NCBI GenBank assembly: GCA_040081625.1
Contig: JBEBGD010000085.1
Span: 1-24,443 of the forward strand
Source of the DNA: Chthoniobacteraceae bacterium
GTDB lineage: Bacteria; Verrucomicrobiota; Verrucomicrobiia; Chthoniobacterales; Chthoniobacteraceae
Direction of reading: 5' to 3'
Length of the DNA: 24,443 nucleotides
Positions 1-9,071 of the stretch are shown one piece after another. Made by a program: the position numbers and the translations under genes. The notes beneath the pieces were generated by a model. The model searched no databases, was not told where the DNA came from, and was given only the letters and a program-made list of their open reading frames with translations. How positions within the stretch are numbered: the stretch's first letter is position 1; the number at the start of each line of letters is the position of its first letter.

Positions 1-840
1 GAGGAATACGCGGAGACCTTTACCAAGTGGGCGGGAGGCTGGCAGAAGGCGTGCGTGGCGGGCGGCGTGCCGGCGACCTTGATCGGTGCTGATGCGGAGG
101 ATGCGCGCGCGCGGTTGCGAAAGGCGATCGAGAGCGAAACGAAAGACGGTGAGCCGCTGTGGCTCGTGCTGCTTGGGCATGGGACGTTTGATGGACGCGT
201 GGGGAAGTTCAACCTTCGTGGCGACGACTTGAGCGCGGACGAACTCGCCGGGTGGCTCAAGCCCTTCGAGCGCACGGTCGTGATCGTCGCGGGATTCTCC
301 ACGAGCGGTGTGTGGCTCAAGCCGCTCGCTGCACCGGGCCGCGTGGTCGTGACGGCGACCAAGAGCGGATCGGAGAACAACTATGCGCGCTTCGGCGGCT
401 ATCTGGCTGGCGCGATCGCGAGCGGCGCGGATCTCGACAAGGACGGACGGACCTCGCTCCTCGAGGCCTGGCTCGCCGCGGCGCGGGAGACGGCCGACTT
501 CTACAAGGGCGAAGGCCGGCTCGCGACCGAGCACTCGCTGCTCGACGACAACGCCGACGCGCTCGGCACGCCGCCCGACTTCTTCCGCGGCACGCGCGCG
601 GTGAAGAAGCCACAGGGCAAGGCGGCAGCCGATGGCCTGCGCGCGTCGCAGCTCGTGCTCGTGCCGAATGCAGATGAGCGCGCGCTTTCCCCGCAGCAGC
701 GCGAGCAGCGCGACGCCCTCGAACGCGAACTCGCCGCGCTACGGGAACGCAAGGCGGAGATGAAGGAGGACGAATACTTCGCCGAGATCGAGGCGGTGCT
801 GCTCAAGCTCGCGCGGCTCTATCACGAGCGCGGGAGCTGA
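1..840 (+). CDS. Hypothetical protein, 5'-partial; caspase/peptidase C13-C14-like fold, probably inactive
   Basis: Frame is open from base 1 (EEYAETFTKW...) to TGA at 838-840. LVLLGHG resembles the catalytic His-Gly strand of caspase-hemoglobinase folds, but the expected Cys region reads AGFSTSG. C-terminus is coiled-coil-like. Confidence 0.6.
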   Translation, partial: EEYAETFTKWAGGWQKACVAGGVPATLIGADAEDARARLRKAIESETKDGEPLWLVLLGHGTFDGRVGKFNLRGDDLSADELAGWLKPFERTVVIVAGFSTSGVWLKPLAAPGRVVVTATKSGSENNYARFGGYLAGAIASGADLDKDGRTSLLEAWLAAARETADFYKGEGRLATEHSLLDDNADALGTPPDFFRGTRAVKKPQGKAAADGLRASQLVLVPNADERALSPQQREQRDALERELAALRERKAEMKEDEYFAEIEAVLLKLARLYHERGS

Positions 841-936
841 GCTGCGGGCACCGACAGACTCTTCGCCCCGAGGTGCGCGGGTTTTCCGCCATACTGTGAG
901 TTGACCCGCATGGTGGTCGCGCGGTTTGATGGCGGG

Positions 937-1599
937 ATGATCCCCCGCCTACTCGTCTGCACCGTTCTGCTGCTCACGTCCGCGCTCGCCGCCGACGCAC
1001 CGTCGAAGTGGGAGAAGGACATCGCGGTGTTCGAGGCGAAGGACCGGGAGAGCCCGCCGGAGAAGGGCGGGATCGTCTTCATCGGCAGCTCGAGCATCCG
1101 GATGTGGACGACGCTGGTGGAGGATTTCCCACGGCATCGCGTGCTCAATCGCGGCTTCGGCGGGTCGCAGATCGCGGACAGCGTGGAGTTCGCGAACCGG
1201 ATCGTGGTGCCGTATGCGCCGCGGATGGTGGTGATGTATGCAGGGGGGAATGACATCAATGCCGGGAAGGCGCCGGAGAAGGTGTTCGTGGATTTCCTGG
1301 CCTTCGTGGCGAAGGTGCGCGCGCATCTGCCAAAGACGGAAATCGCCTTCATCTCGGTGGCGGGAAATCCGAAGCGGTGGGCGCAGGTGGACAAGGTGCG
1401 GACGCTCAACACGCTGGTGGCGGAGTATTGCGCGAAGACGCCGGGGATGAAGTTCATCGATGTCTTTCCCGCGATGCTCGGGTCGGACGGGCTGCCGCTG
1501 CCGCAGATTTTCCGGACTGACAAGCTGCACATGAACGAGCAGGGCTATCGCATCTGGACGGACGTCGTGGGCAGGGCGCTGCCGGCGGCGGACCGGTGA
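937..1599 (+). CDS. Secreted SGNH/GDSL hydrolase family protein
   Basis: Signal peptide (MIPRLLVCTVLLLTSALA), blocks FIGSSS, NRGFGGS, YAGGNDI and DKLH. Start placed at ATG 937. Confidence 0.9.
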   Translation: MIPRLLVCTVLLLTSALAADAPSKWEKDIAVFEAKDRESPPEKGGIVFIGSSSIRMWTTLVEDFPRHRVLNRGFGGSQIADSVEFANRIVVPYAPRMVVMYAGGNDINAGKAPEKVFVDFLAFVAKVRAHLPKTEIAFISVAGNPKRWAQVDKVRTLNTLVAEYCAKTPGMKFIDVFPAMLGSDGLPLPQIFRTDKLHMNEQGYRIWTDVVGRALPAADR

Positions 1600-1651
1600 G
1601 TTGGAGGTTGAGCCGCGCGGATTGCTGACCATGATGAGCGCCCCGCTTTCC

Positions 1652-1954
1652 ATGCCCGCGAAATCCATCAAGCCCGAGTCTGAGATCACTTTCGAGTCCG
1701 CTGTCGAGCGGCTGGAGGCGCTCGTCGAGGCGATGGAGTCCGACAAGCTGCCGCTCTCCGACCTGCTCGTGCGCTACGAGGAGGGGACGCGGCTGGTGAA
1801 GTTCTGCCAGGAGCAGCTCGCGAGCGCGGAGAAGCGGATCGAGATCATCACGCGCAATGCGAAGGGCGAGCCGCAGGTCGCGGCGTTCGAGCCCGAGAAG
1901 GCTGTGGCGCCCGCGGCGAAATCCAAACCGGACGACGACGTGTCGCTGTTCTAA
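1652..1954 (+). CDS. xseB: Exodeoxyribonuclease VII small subunit
   Basis: TFESAVERLEALVEAMES...LPLSDLLVRYEEG..LVKFCQEQLASAEKRI signature. Start uncertain (1631, 1634 or 1652). Confidence 0.92.
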   Translation: MPAKSIKPESEITFESAVERLEALVEAMESDKLPLSDLLVRYEEGTRLVKFCQEQLASAEKRIEIITRNAKGEPQVAAFEPEKAVAPAAKSKPDDDVSLF

Positions 1955-1963
1955 AACCGTATT

Positions 1964-2045
1964 TTCTTACTCAATCTCGTTTTCCTTCTCTTACGCCGCG
2001 CTGGGCGGCGGAGAGTAAGATGAAGAGTATGAGTAAGAGTAAGAA
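1964..2045. repeat. Imperfect intergenic inverted repeat with hexamer-like pyrimidine/purine arms
   Basis: TTCTTACTC...CTCTTA-CGCCGC-gctgg-GCGGCG-GAGAGTAAGA...GAGTAAGAGTAAGAA, between xseB and dxs. Confidence 0.6.
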
Positions 2046-2061
2046 CCTCCACCTTTCCGAA

Positions 2062-3993
2062 ATGACCCAACCCATCCTGCCGAAGATCAATTCCCCCGCC
2101 GATGTGAAGACGCTCGCCGAGAGCGAACTGCCGCAGCTTGCGCAGGAGGTGCGCGCGGAATTGATCCGCGTGCTCTCCGACGACAATCCGAAATCGGTGG
2201 GCGGGCACCTCGGGCCGAATCTCGGCGTGGTGGAACTGACGATCGCGATGCACCGGGTGTTCGAGACACCGACGGACAAGTTCGTCCTCGACGTGTCGCA
2301 TCAGGGCTACGTTCACAAGTTGCTGACGGGGCGGCGCGGGAAGTTCGACACGATGCGGCAATACGAGGGGCTCAATGGCTTCCTGCTGCGGACCGAGAGC
2401 GAGCACGACTGCTACGGCGCGGGCCACGCGGGCACGGCGATGAGCGCGGCGCTTGGGATGGCGGTGGGGCGCGACCGGCGCGGCTCGGATGAGCACGTGG
2501 TCGTGGTCGCGGGCGATGCGGCGTTCACCTGCGGGGCGACGTTCGAGGCGCTCAACAATGTCGCCGAGCAGACGCGCCGCTTCATCGTGGTGCTCAACGA
2601 CAACGAGTGGTCGATCGCGAAGAATGTGGGCGCGATCGCGAGCTACTTCTCGAAGATCGCCACGCATCCGACCTACGCGCACTTGCACGAGAAGGCGGCG
2701 CAGTTTGTGGAGATGCTCGGCGGGAAGTTTGCGAAGGACTTCGCGCACAAGATCGAGGCGGGCGTGAAGAATCTCTTCGCGCCGTCGGTGCTTTTCGAGG
2801 AGCTCGGCTTCCGCTACTACGGGCCGATCGACGGGCACGACATCCCGCTGCTCATCCGGACGTTCGAGTTCCTCAAGACGCAAAACGAACCGGTGCTGCT
2901 GCACATCCAGACGACGAAGGGCAAGGGCTACGCGCCGGCGCTCGAGCAGCCGGACAAATTTCACGGGCTCGGGAAGTTCGAGCCGAAGACGGGCAAGACC
3001 GTGGCGGCGACCGCGCCGACCTTCTCGGAGATTTTCGGGAAGACGCTGGCGAAGTTTGCGGAGCACAACAACAAGCTCGTCGCGATCACCGGCGCGATGC
3101 CGACGGGCACGGGGCTGATCCATTTCGCGAAGGCGCATCCGGACAAATATTTCGACGTGGGTATTGCGGAGGGACACGCGGCGCTTTTCGCGGCGGGGCT
3201 GGCGACGCAAGGATTCAAGCCGTTCCTCGCGATATACTCGACGTTCATGCAGCGCGCCTACGACATGATCATCCACGACATCGCGCTGCAAAACCTGAAC
3301 GTGTGCCTGTGCATGGATCGCGGCGGGTTGAGCGGCGACGACGGGCCGACGCACCACGGACTTTTCGACATCGCTTACCTGCGCGGTGTGCCGGGGATCG
3401 TTCACATGCAGCCGAAGGATGAGGACGAGTTTGTGGACATGCTGTGGACGATGACGAATTACCACGAGGGACCGATCGCGATCCGCTACCCGCGCGGCGC
3501 TGGCACGGGCGCGCAACCAAAGGCGCAGCCGAAACTTCTCGAGATCGGAAAGGCGGAAGTGATCCGACATGGCGGCAAGGGACCCGCGCGCGTGGCGCTC
3601 GTCGGCCTCGGCGGGATGTGCGAGCTGGCGGGGCGCGCCGCGGACTTGCTGGAAGAGCAGGGGATCAGCGCGGCGGTGATCAACCCGCGCTGGATCAAGC
3701 CGCTCGACACCGCGACGCTGGAGTTTTTCTCGCGCTCGGTGGAGGTGGTCTGCACGCTCGAAGACCACGTGCTGCACAATGGGTTTGGCTGCGCGGTGAT
3801 CGAGCATCTCAACGATGCGGGCATCAAGACGCCGGTGGTGCGCGTGGGCTGGCCGGATCAATTTGTCGAGCACGGCGCAGTGGACATCCTGCGCAAGAAA
3901 CACGGTCTGACGCCGGAAGCGGCGGTGGAGAAGATCCTCGCGCAGCTTGCCGCGAAGGCGGCGAAGTCTGCGCAGCCGAAAAGCGCGGCTTAG
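2062..3993 (+). CDS. dxs: 1-deoxy-D-xylulose-5-phosphate synthase
   Basis: GGHLGPNLGVVELT, DVSHQ.Y.HKLLTGR, GAGHAGT, GD...EALNN...LNDN TPP motif, DVGIAE, AIYSTF.QRAYD, DGPTHHG, IRYPRG. Start placed at ATG 2062. Confidence 0.97.
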   Translation: MTQPILPKINSPADVKTLAESELPQLAQEVRAELIRVLSDDNPKSVGGHLGPNLGVVELTIAMHRVFETPTDKFVLDVSHQGYVHKLLTGRRGKFDTMRQYEGLNGFLLRTESEHDCYGAGHAGTAMSAALGMAVGRDRRGSDEHVVVVAGDAAFTCGATFEALNNVAEQTRRFIVVLNDNEWSIAKNVGAIASYFSKIATHPTYAHLHEKAAQFVEMLGGKFAKDFAHKIEAGVKNLFAPSVLFEELGFRYYGPIDGHDIPLLIRTFEFLKTQNEPVLLHIQTTKGKGYAPALEQPDKFHGLGKFEPKTGKTVAATAPTFSEIFGKTLAKFAEHNNKLVAITGAMPTGTGLIHFAKAHPDKYFDVGIAEGHAALFAAGLATQGFKPFLAIYSTFMQRAYDMIIHDIALQNLNVCLCMDRGGLSGDDGPTHHGLFDIAYLRGVPGIVHMQPKDEDEFVDMLWTMTNYHEGPIAIRYPRGAGTGAQPKAQPKLLEIGKAEVIRHGGKGPARVALVGLGGMCELAGRAADLLEEQGISAAVINPRWIKPLDTATLEFFSRSVEVVCTLEDHVLHNGFGCAVIEHLNDAGIKTPVVRVGWPDQFVEHGAVDILRKKHGLTPEAAVEKILAQLAAKAAKSAQPKSAA

Positions 3994-3997
3994 GAAA

Positions 3998-5674
3998 TCA
4001 GGCGCACTCGCACACGATGCGAAAACCGACGTCGTTGCTGGCGTAGCTCGGATTATTGAAGGCGCGTGCGGTGGCGCGCAGGCTCGAGGCGCGGCTTTTC
4101 CAACCGCCGCCGCGATAGATGCGTCGATCGGTCTTGCGCGTGCTGCGCGGATTCTGGATGTCCCTGCCTTTGTAGGGCTCGAAATAGTCGAGGCACCACT
4201 CGAAGACATTGCCGGCGAGGTCTTCGATCCCGAACGGGCTCGCACCTTTCGGATACGCGCCGACGGGTGAGCTTTGCGCCCAGCCGTCGTCGATGCGCGG
4301 ATCGCGCCACGGCAGGGTGCAGCAGGCATCGGCGAAGTTCGCGTAGTGGCCGGCGTCGAGATTGTCGCCCCACGGGTAGGAGCGGCCATCGAGACCTCGC
4401 GCTGCGTATTCCCACTCGGCCTCGGTCGGCAGGCGATACCGCCGGCTTTCGAGGCGGCTGAGCCATTCGCAAAATCGTTCCGCTTCGAGTGCGGTGACGT
4501 GGATGACCGGATGCCGGTCGTTGGCCCACGGCGCACGTTTCGCAGCGTGGCTCGGGTCGAAGCGCTCGTATTGCGCATTGGTGACCGGGTGCCGCGCCAT
4601 GAAGTAGCAACTCACCGCGACGGTCGTCACGGGCTGTTCATTGGGCTGCGCATCGCTCGCCCGGCTGCCCATGGCGAAGACGCCGCTCGCGACGAGAAAG
4701 AGGTCCGCGCCGATGAGGTTGGTGAAGTTTGGATATTTCTCCCTTTCCTGCGCGCGGACGAGCGGCGTGCTGACGGGAAATTCTTTCCGCGCCGGTATCG
4801 GCGCGGCGGGATGCGCGGGCTTGGGCGACGCCACGATATTCGGGCGCTGCGTGGCGGGTGACGGCGCCGTCGTGGGCGGGCGCGCAGCGCGTGGAGCGGC
4901 GGCGGGCTTGAGCGGGGCGGTGGGCATCGCCGCGACTTGCTCGAGGTATTCGTCGATCACGTCCTCGGACTGGCCACCGGTGAGACCGAGACTTTCGCCG
5001 AGGTTGCACATGGCGTCGCGCTGATCGTCGGTCATGTCCTCGCCTTCGAGGCAGAGCCGCGACATCTGGAGAATCCGCCGGAACTCGCTGAACGGATCGC
5101 CCGCGACGGTGTCGCCTCGCGCCGCGACCGATGGAGCCGGAGGTGGTTCCGGCGGTTTCTCCGGCTCGGGTTGGACGCGGACGGAGCCGGTGCGGGTCAG
5201 CTCAGACTCGACGACCGCGACGGCTTCATCGCGGCTGAGGCCGAGGGAGATGCCGGCGGCGATCAACCGTTCCTCGTCTCCGGGACGAAGCGCTTTGTCG
5301 GTAATCGTGAAGCCGATCAGCTTCTTGAACTCGTCGCCGGCGGCATCGACGGCGGCGGCACGCAGAGTGAGGTCGTGCTGCCTCCGCACCTCCGGATCGA
5401 GCAGATAGGTGCGTGCCTCGACGAGGAAGATGGGCGCTTCATCCAGTCCGGCGCGAAGGATCTGGCTGAGCGGATTGCTGGGCTGGTTCTTGAGGGGGAG
5501 TTTTTTCTGCCACCAGACGAGGAGCTGCCGGCAGTTCTCCTCGATTTGTTGGTTGCTCGCGTTGGAGTCGAACGAGAGGCAGAGCCGGTCGTAATAGTTG
5601 GGCGAGTTGTAGAGCTTCCAGCCATCCCATCTCAGGGGATTGTCGGGAAGCGGGTTCGGGAGCGAAAGGGCCAC
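3998..5674 (-). CDS. Multidomain protein: N-terminal J-domain-like region lacking HPD, repeated helical units, Pro/Ala linker, C-terminal FGE-sulfatase (SUMF1/EgtB/PvdO-type) domain
   Basis: C-terminal F.MGS, PVTNAQY, RLPTEAEWEYAARG, YPWG, DLAGNVFEWC.D, RGGGW, GFRIV. N-terminal NYYDRLCLS..AS..QIEE...EARTYLLDPEVRRQHD. Confidence 0.85.
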   Translation of the reverse strand: MALSLPNPLPDNPLRWDGWKLYNSPNYYDRLCLSFDSNASNQQIEENCRQLLVWWQKKLPLKNQPSNPLSQILRAGLDEAPIFLVEARTYLLDPEVRRQHDLTLRAAAVDAAGDEFKKLIGFTITDKALRPGDEERLIAAGISLGLSRDEAVAVVESELTRTGSVRVQPEPEKPPEPPPAPSVAARGDTVAGDPFSEFRRILQMSRLCLEGEDMTDDQRDAMCNLGESLGLTGGQSEDVIDEYLEQVAAMPTAPLKPAAAPRAARPPTTAPSPATQRPNIVASPKPAHPAAPIPARKEFPVSTPLVRAQEREKYPNFTNLIGADLFLVASGVFAMGSRASDAQPNEQPVTTVAVSCYFMARHPVTNAQYERFDPSHAAKRAPWANDRHPVIHVTALEAERFCEWLSRLESRRYRLPTEAEWEYAARGLDGRSYPWGDNLDAGHYANFADACCTLPWRDPRIDDGWAQSSPVGAYPKGASPFGIEDLAGNVFEWCLDYFEPYKGRDIQNPRSTRKTDRRIYRGGGWKSRASSLRATARAFNNPSYASNDVGFRIVCECA

Positions 5675-5695
5675 GGATGAGTGGGCGTGACCCGG

Positions 5696-7276
5696 CTAGA
5701 CTACTTTGATCTGGGAGAGGTCGGCCGTCGCCGTCGCGATTTCGCTGTCGCTCAAGCCCGTGTTGCGCGCGATGGAGACACGGTTTTGCCGGCCGTAAGC
5801 TTCGACGACGACTTCGAGCACCTGGTTTTCGTCGTAGGTGTAGGTCAGCTCGACGGGGCTGCCCTTCGGAAGGAAGGGCGGCAACTCGATGTCGCAGATG
5901 CCGAGCGGCGTGCATTCGGTGGGCACGGTGCTCTCGCCTTCGACGATGCGGATGATCGCATTTTTCATGTTCGCCTTGGCGGTGCCGAAGCTGTTCTTCA
6001 CGTGCGTCGGCACGGGTGTCATTTTCTTGATCATCGGGAAGACGTATTCCTCGACCTTCGCGTCGTCCCACAGGACGACTCCGAGCGTGTGGGTCGTGAT
6101 GTTGGTGACCTTGATGAGCGAGCCGTCGTGCGCGCTGAACTGCGAGCGGATCTCCTGGGATAAATGCCGCTCGCCGAGCTTGTCTTCCTCGTGGAGCAGC
6201 GAGAGCACGGCTTGCGCGGCAGCGCCGAGGGAGACGGCTTCGTCGGGGCTAACGTCGTCGGCGACGGGCCGGCCCGAGAGATCGCAGACCATCTGGCGGA
6301 CGCTCGGCATGCGGGTCATTCCGCCGGTGAGCAGGCTGCGGTCGATCTGCCCCCATTGCATCTGCGCCTCTTGCATGACGATTTCGCAGATGGCTTTGGT
6401 CTTCTCGAGGAGGTGCCGGCACTTGAGCTCGAACTCCTCGCGGGTCAGCTCGAGCTTGATGGACTTGCCATTGTAGCTGTGGACGATCGTGGTGCGCGTG
6501 CGGCTGGAGAGCTGGATCTTTGCGGTGAGCGCGCGGTTGTAGAGGTCCTGGTAGCTCTGCAAGTCGAGCAGTGGATTGTCGCCGTGCGCCTTGTCGAATT
6601 CGTCGGCGATCCAGTTGACGATCACGTCGTCCCAATCCTTGCCGCCGAGCCGGTGATCTCCGTTGCTGGCGAGCATCCGGATGTGGTGCGCCTCGATCCG
6701 CATGATCGTCACGTCGAACGTGCCGCCGCCGAGGTCGAAGACGAAAACGGTCTGGTCCTGATCGAGCTTGTCGAGACCATAGGCGAGTGCCGCGGCGGTC
6801 GGCTCGTTGATGATCTGCTGGACGTTGAGGCCGGCGAGCTGGCCGGCGTGCAGCGTGGCCGTGCGCTCGGCGTCGTTAAAATAGGCAGGCACCGTGATCA
6901 CGGCGTCGGTCACAGGTTCGCCGAGATATTTTTCGGCGTCGTTCTTGAGCTTCTTGATGATCAGCGCGCTGAGTTCCTCGGCGCTATAGACCCTGCCAGC
7001 AAACTCGCGGTGAAATTGTCCCTTCGACTTGCCGATCTCGCGCTTCACGAAATCGACGATCTTTTCCGGCTCCGCGACGGCGTTCTGCTTGGCGAGCGAA
7101 CCGACGATGGCGTTCTGGCCATCGAAGAGGATCACCGATGGCGTGATCCGCTCGCTTTCCGAGTTCGGAATGATCTGCGGTTTGCCGTAGGCATCGATAT
7201 GGGCGATCGCGCTGAAGGTCGTGCCCAAGTCGATGCCGACTGCTTTACGGGAGCTTTGCGGGTCGGAGTCGCTCAT
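5696..7276 (-). CDS. Hsp70 (DnaK-like) family protein, short form without C-terminal lid
   Basis: GIDLGTT, AVITVPAYF, INEPTAAALAYG, DLGGGTFDV, LGGKDWD, TGGMTRMP, PDEAVSLGAA; 526 aa. Confidence 0.93.
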   Translation of the reverse strand: MSDSDPQSSRKAVGIDLGTTFSAIAHIDAYGKPQIIPNSESERITPSVILFDGQNAIVGSLAKQNAVAEPEKIVDFVKREIGKSKGQFHREFAGRVYSAEELSALIIKKLKNDAEKYLGEPVTDAVITVPAYFNDAERTATLHAGQLAGLNVQQIINEPTAAALAYGLDKLDQDQTVFVFDLGGGTFDVTIMRIEAHHIRMLASNGDHRLGGKDWDDVIVNWIADEFDKAHGDNPLLDLQSYQDLYNRALTAKIQLSSRTRTTIVHSYNGKSIKLELTREEFELKCRHLLEKTKAICEIVMQEAQMQWGQIDRSLLTGGMTRMPSVRQMVCDLSGRPVADDVSPDEAVSLGAAAQAVLSLLHEEDKLGERHLSQEIRSQFSAHDGSLIKVTNITTHTLGVVLWDDAKVEEYVFPMIKKMTPVPTHVKNSFGTAKANMKNAIIRIVEGESTVPTECTPLGICDIELPPFLPKGSPVELTYTYDENQVLEVVVEAYGRQNRVSIARNTGLSDSEIATATADLSQIKVV

Positions 7277-7347
7277 TCGAGATTCGAGGGTTTGCCAAGG
7301 TTGGGTTGAGATTGAAACTTATGTGCTTTCATGGTGTCGGACGCAGC

Positions 7348-8238
7348 TTATTTCTGATCGGTCGGCGTGCGTGCGACGAGGAATCCTTCCTTCCATCGCT
7401 TGATGACGACTTCCTCGGCCCGGAACAAACGATCTTTCCAAAGGAAGCCGCGTTTGACGGCACGCACGACGAGCGATTCATCGTCGGGATCTTCGGCGGG
7501 CTCGACGGCAACGGCCCGCTGCGTTTGTTTGTCGAGCTTGCCGGTGTGGGGCGGCATCAGCGCGACTTCAAAGCGGTTAAGCACCTCGGTGATGAAGCCG
7601 AGATGATGGTCGAGGTTGACCTCGATGGTGCGCAGCTTCGCGATCATTTCAACGCTGGCGGGGCAGAGTTGAGTGTCGGCGTCGGTCGCCAGCGCCGTGG
7701 CCAACTGCCGCTGGATGCCGGCGACATCGTCGTAAAGTGAGATGAGGTCGCGGATGATCGGCCGATGCACCGAGTCGAGAAGGAAGCGGTCCTTATAGCC
7801 CTTCAGTTCCTCGTGGAGCGCCGCAAACATGCCCTGACTGACGAGATTCCGCGCGTCGAGCATGGCACGAAGGTCATGCACCACGGCGGGCAATTCCTTT
7901 TGCGCCTGGCCGGCTTCGGCTGCCCCGGATTCGATCCTCTTGAGCGATGCGGAGTTTTCACCCGTCGCGCGGCTCACCGATTCGAGTCCGAGCGCAAGGG
8001 GTTTGAGCAGGTCCGTCAGCGAGAGCTGGGTCGCTTGGGGCGGGAGCGGCTCGGGCGGCGCCTGGACCGGTTCCGGTTCGCCGGGCTTGCCCGCGGAAAG
8101 TGGCTCGGGGGTGGGCGCCGATTTCGCCGTGGGTGGTGCGGCGGCATCACGGGACTCCATTGCCTTTTCAGCTTGGGCAAATAGACCACGCAGTTGCGCG
8201 TCGAATTCGGCGTCTAGAATCGAGTCTGGCTCAGGCAT
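7348..8238 (-). CDS. GrpE-like nucleotide exchange factor
   Basis: C-terminal beta domain (KLDKQTQRAVAV...VVRAVKRGFLWKDRLFRAEEVVI) resembles GrpE, preceded by a long helical region and a Pro-rich N-terminus. Lies directly upstream of the Hsp70 gene. Start placed at ATG 8238. Confidence 0.8.
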   Translation of the reverse strand: MPEPDSILDAEFDAQLRGLFAQAEKAMESRDAAAPPTAKSAPTPEPLSAGKPGEPEPVQAPPEPLPPQATQLSLTDLLKPLALGLESVSRATGENSASLKRIESGAAEAGQAQKELPAVVHDLRAMLDARNLVSQGMFAALHEELKGYKDRFLLDSVHRPIIRDLISLYDDVAGIQRQLATALATDADTQLCPASVEMIAKLRTIEVNLDHHLGFITEVLNRFEVALMPPHTGKLDKQTQRAVAVEPAEDPDDESLVVRAVKRGFLWKDRLFRAEEVVIKRWKEGFLVARTPTDQK

Positions 8239-8346
8239 TTTTCTCGCATGAGCAATAGCGGGTTGCTTGCCAGCAGCGCAAAGAAACTGAGCTTGTTTCA
8301 ATTGCGTTCAAGCCGCCACCGTCCCTCCCGTTGCGGGCGAACCCGC

Positions 8347-8607
8347 CTAGCTGGCAGCCGTCAGCAGCGGATCGACGTGGATCATCCGGCGCGGCTTGTG
8401 AAACCGGACGTTTCCCTCGATGAGCGCAAAGAGCGTGAAGTCGCGGCCCATCCCCACGCCCTTGCCGGCGTGCCAGCGCGTGCCGCGCTGCCGGACGATG
8501 ATGTTGCCGGGAATGACGTGCTCGCTCCCAAATTTTTTAACGCCAAGCCGCTTGCTGTGGCTGTCGCGACCGTTCTTGACTGAACCCTGACCTTTTTTAT
8601 GTGCCAT
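8347..8607 (-). CDS. rpmA: 50S ribosomal protein L27
   Basis: [26 protein letters not shown]...[10 protein letters not shown]. Confidence 0.98.
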   Translation of the reverse strand: MAHKKGQGSVKNGRDSHSKRLGVKKFGSEHVIPGNIIVRQRGTRWHAGKGVGMGRDFTLFALIEGNVRFHKPRRMIHVDPLLTAAS

Positions 8608-8631
8608 TTGAGGTGTGGAAAGTTGAGAGCC

Positions 8632-8955
8632 TTAAGCGGCGGGCTGCGCGTCGATCGACTTGATGAAGAGCTTGGTCAGCCGCCGGCGATAGCCGACCTT
8701 CCGGTGATAGCCCTTCCGCCGCTTGTATTTGTAGGAGATGCATTTTGGCGCCTTCCACTGCTCGATCACCTCGGCGGTGACTGTCGCGCCGCGGACCGCG
8801 GCGCCGACTTTCACACCGTCGCCTTCGCCGACGAGAAGCACCTCGGAGAAAGTCATTACGGTGCCAGGTTCAGCCTCAAGCTTCTCGACGTCGATGACGT
8901 CGGAAACTGAGACCCGGTATTGTTTTGCGCCTGTCTGAAAAACTGCGTAAGCCAT
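8632..8955 (-). CDS. rplU: 50S ribosomal protein L21
   Basis: MAYAVFQTGAKQYRV...VEKL...YKYKRRKGYHRKVGYR; canonical rplU-rpmA pair. Start at ATG 8955. Confidence 0.97.
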   Translation of the reverse strand: MAYAVFQTGAKQYRVSVSDVIDVEKLEAEPGTVMTFSEVLLVGEGDGVKVGAAVRGATVTAEVIEQWKAPKCISYKYKRRKGYHRKVGYRRRLTKLFIKSIDAQPAA

Positions 8956-8983
8956 GATATTTGCGGTTGGAAAAAGGGCGCGC

Positions 8984-9012
8984 ACGATGCGGTGCCACCC
9001 TAGGGTTGGCAA
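8984..9012 (-). promoter_or_regulatory. Candidate sigma70 promoter for rplU-rpmA
   Basis: Minus strand TTGCCA-N17-CATCGT. An imperfect palindrome (TGCCACCC-TA-GGGTTGGCA, 8993-9011) overlaps it. Confidence 0.45.
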
Positions 9013-9071
9013 GGGGTTTTTCTAGCCCTCGCAAATGAATCCGCGAGGCTGCCCGCCGAGAGCGCTTTTGA

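Noticed and set aside
3998..4200. DGR variable region in the FGE/C-lectin C-terminus
   Set aside because: No template repeat or reverse transcriptase in the window. The duplications found elsewhere are at gene 5' ends and their mismatches are not adenine-specific.
1951..4578. 875-aa minus-strand ORF
   Set aside because: Mostly the antisense shadow of dxs, typical of high-GC coding DNA; no motifs.
5696..7276. Calling this gene the housekeeping dnaK
   Set aside because: Too short, lacks the lid and the canonical DVLLLDV linker; left without a gene symbol.
8333..8346. GCGGG-TTCG-CCCGC hairpin after rpmA as an intrinsic terminator
   Set aside because: Only a 5-bp stem and no following U-tract.
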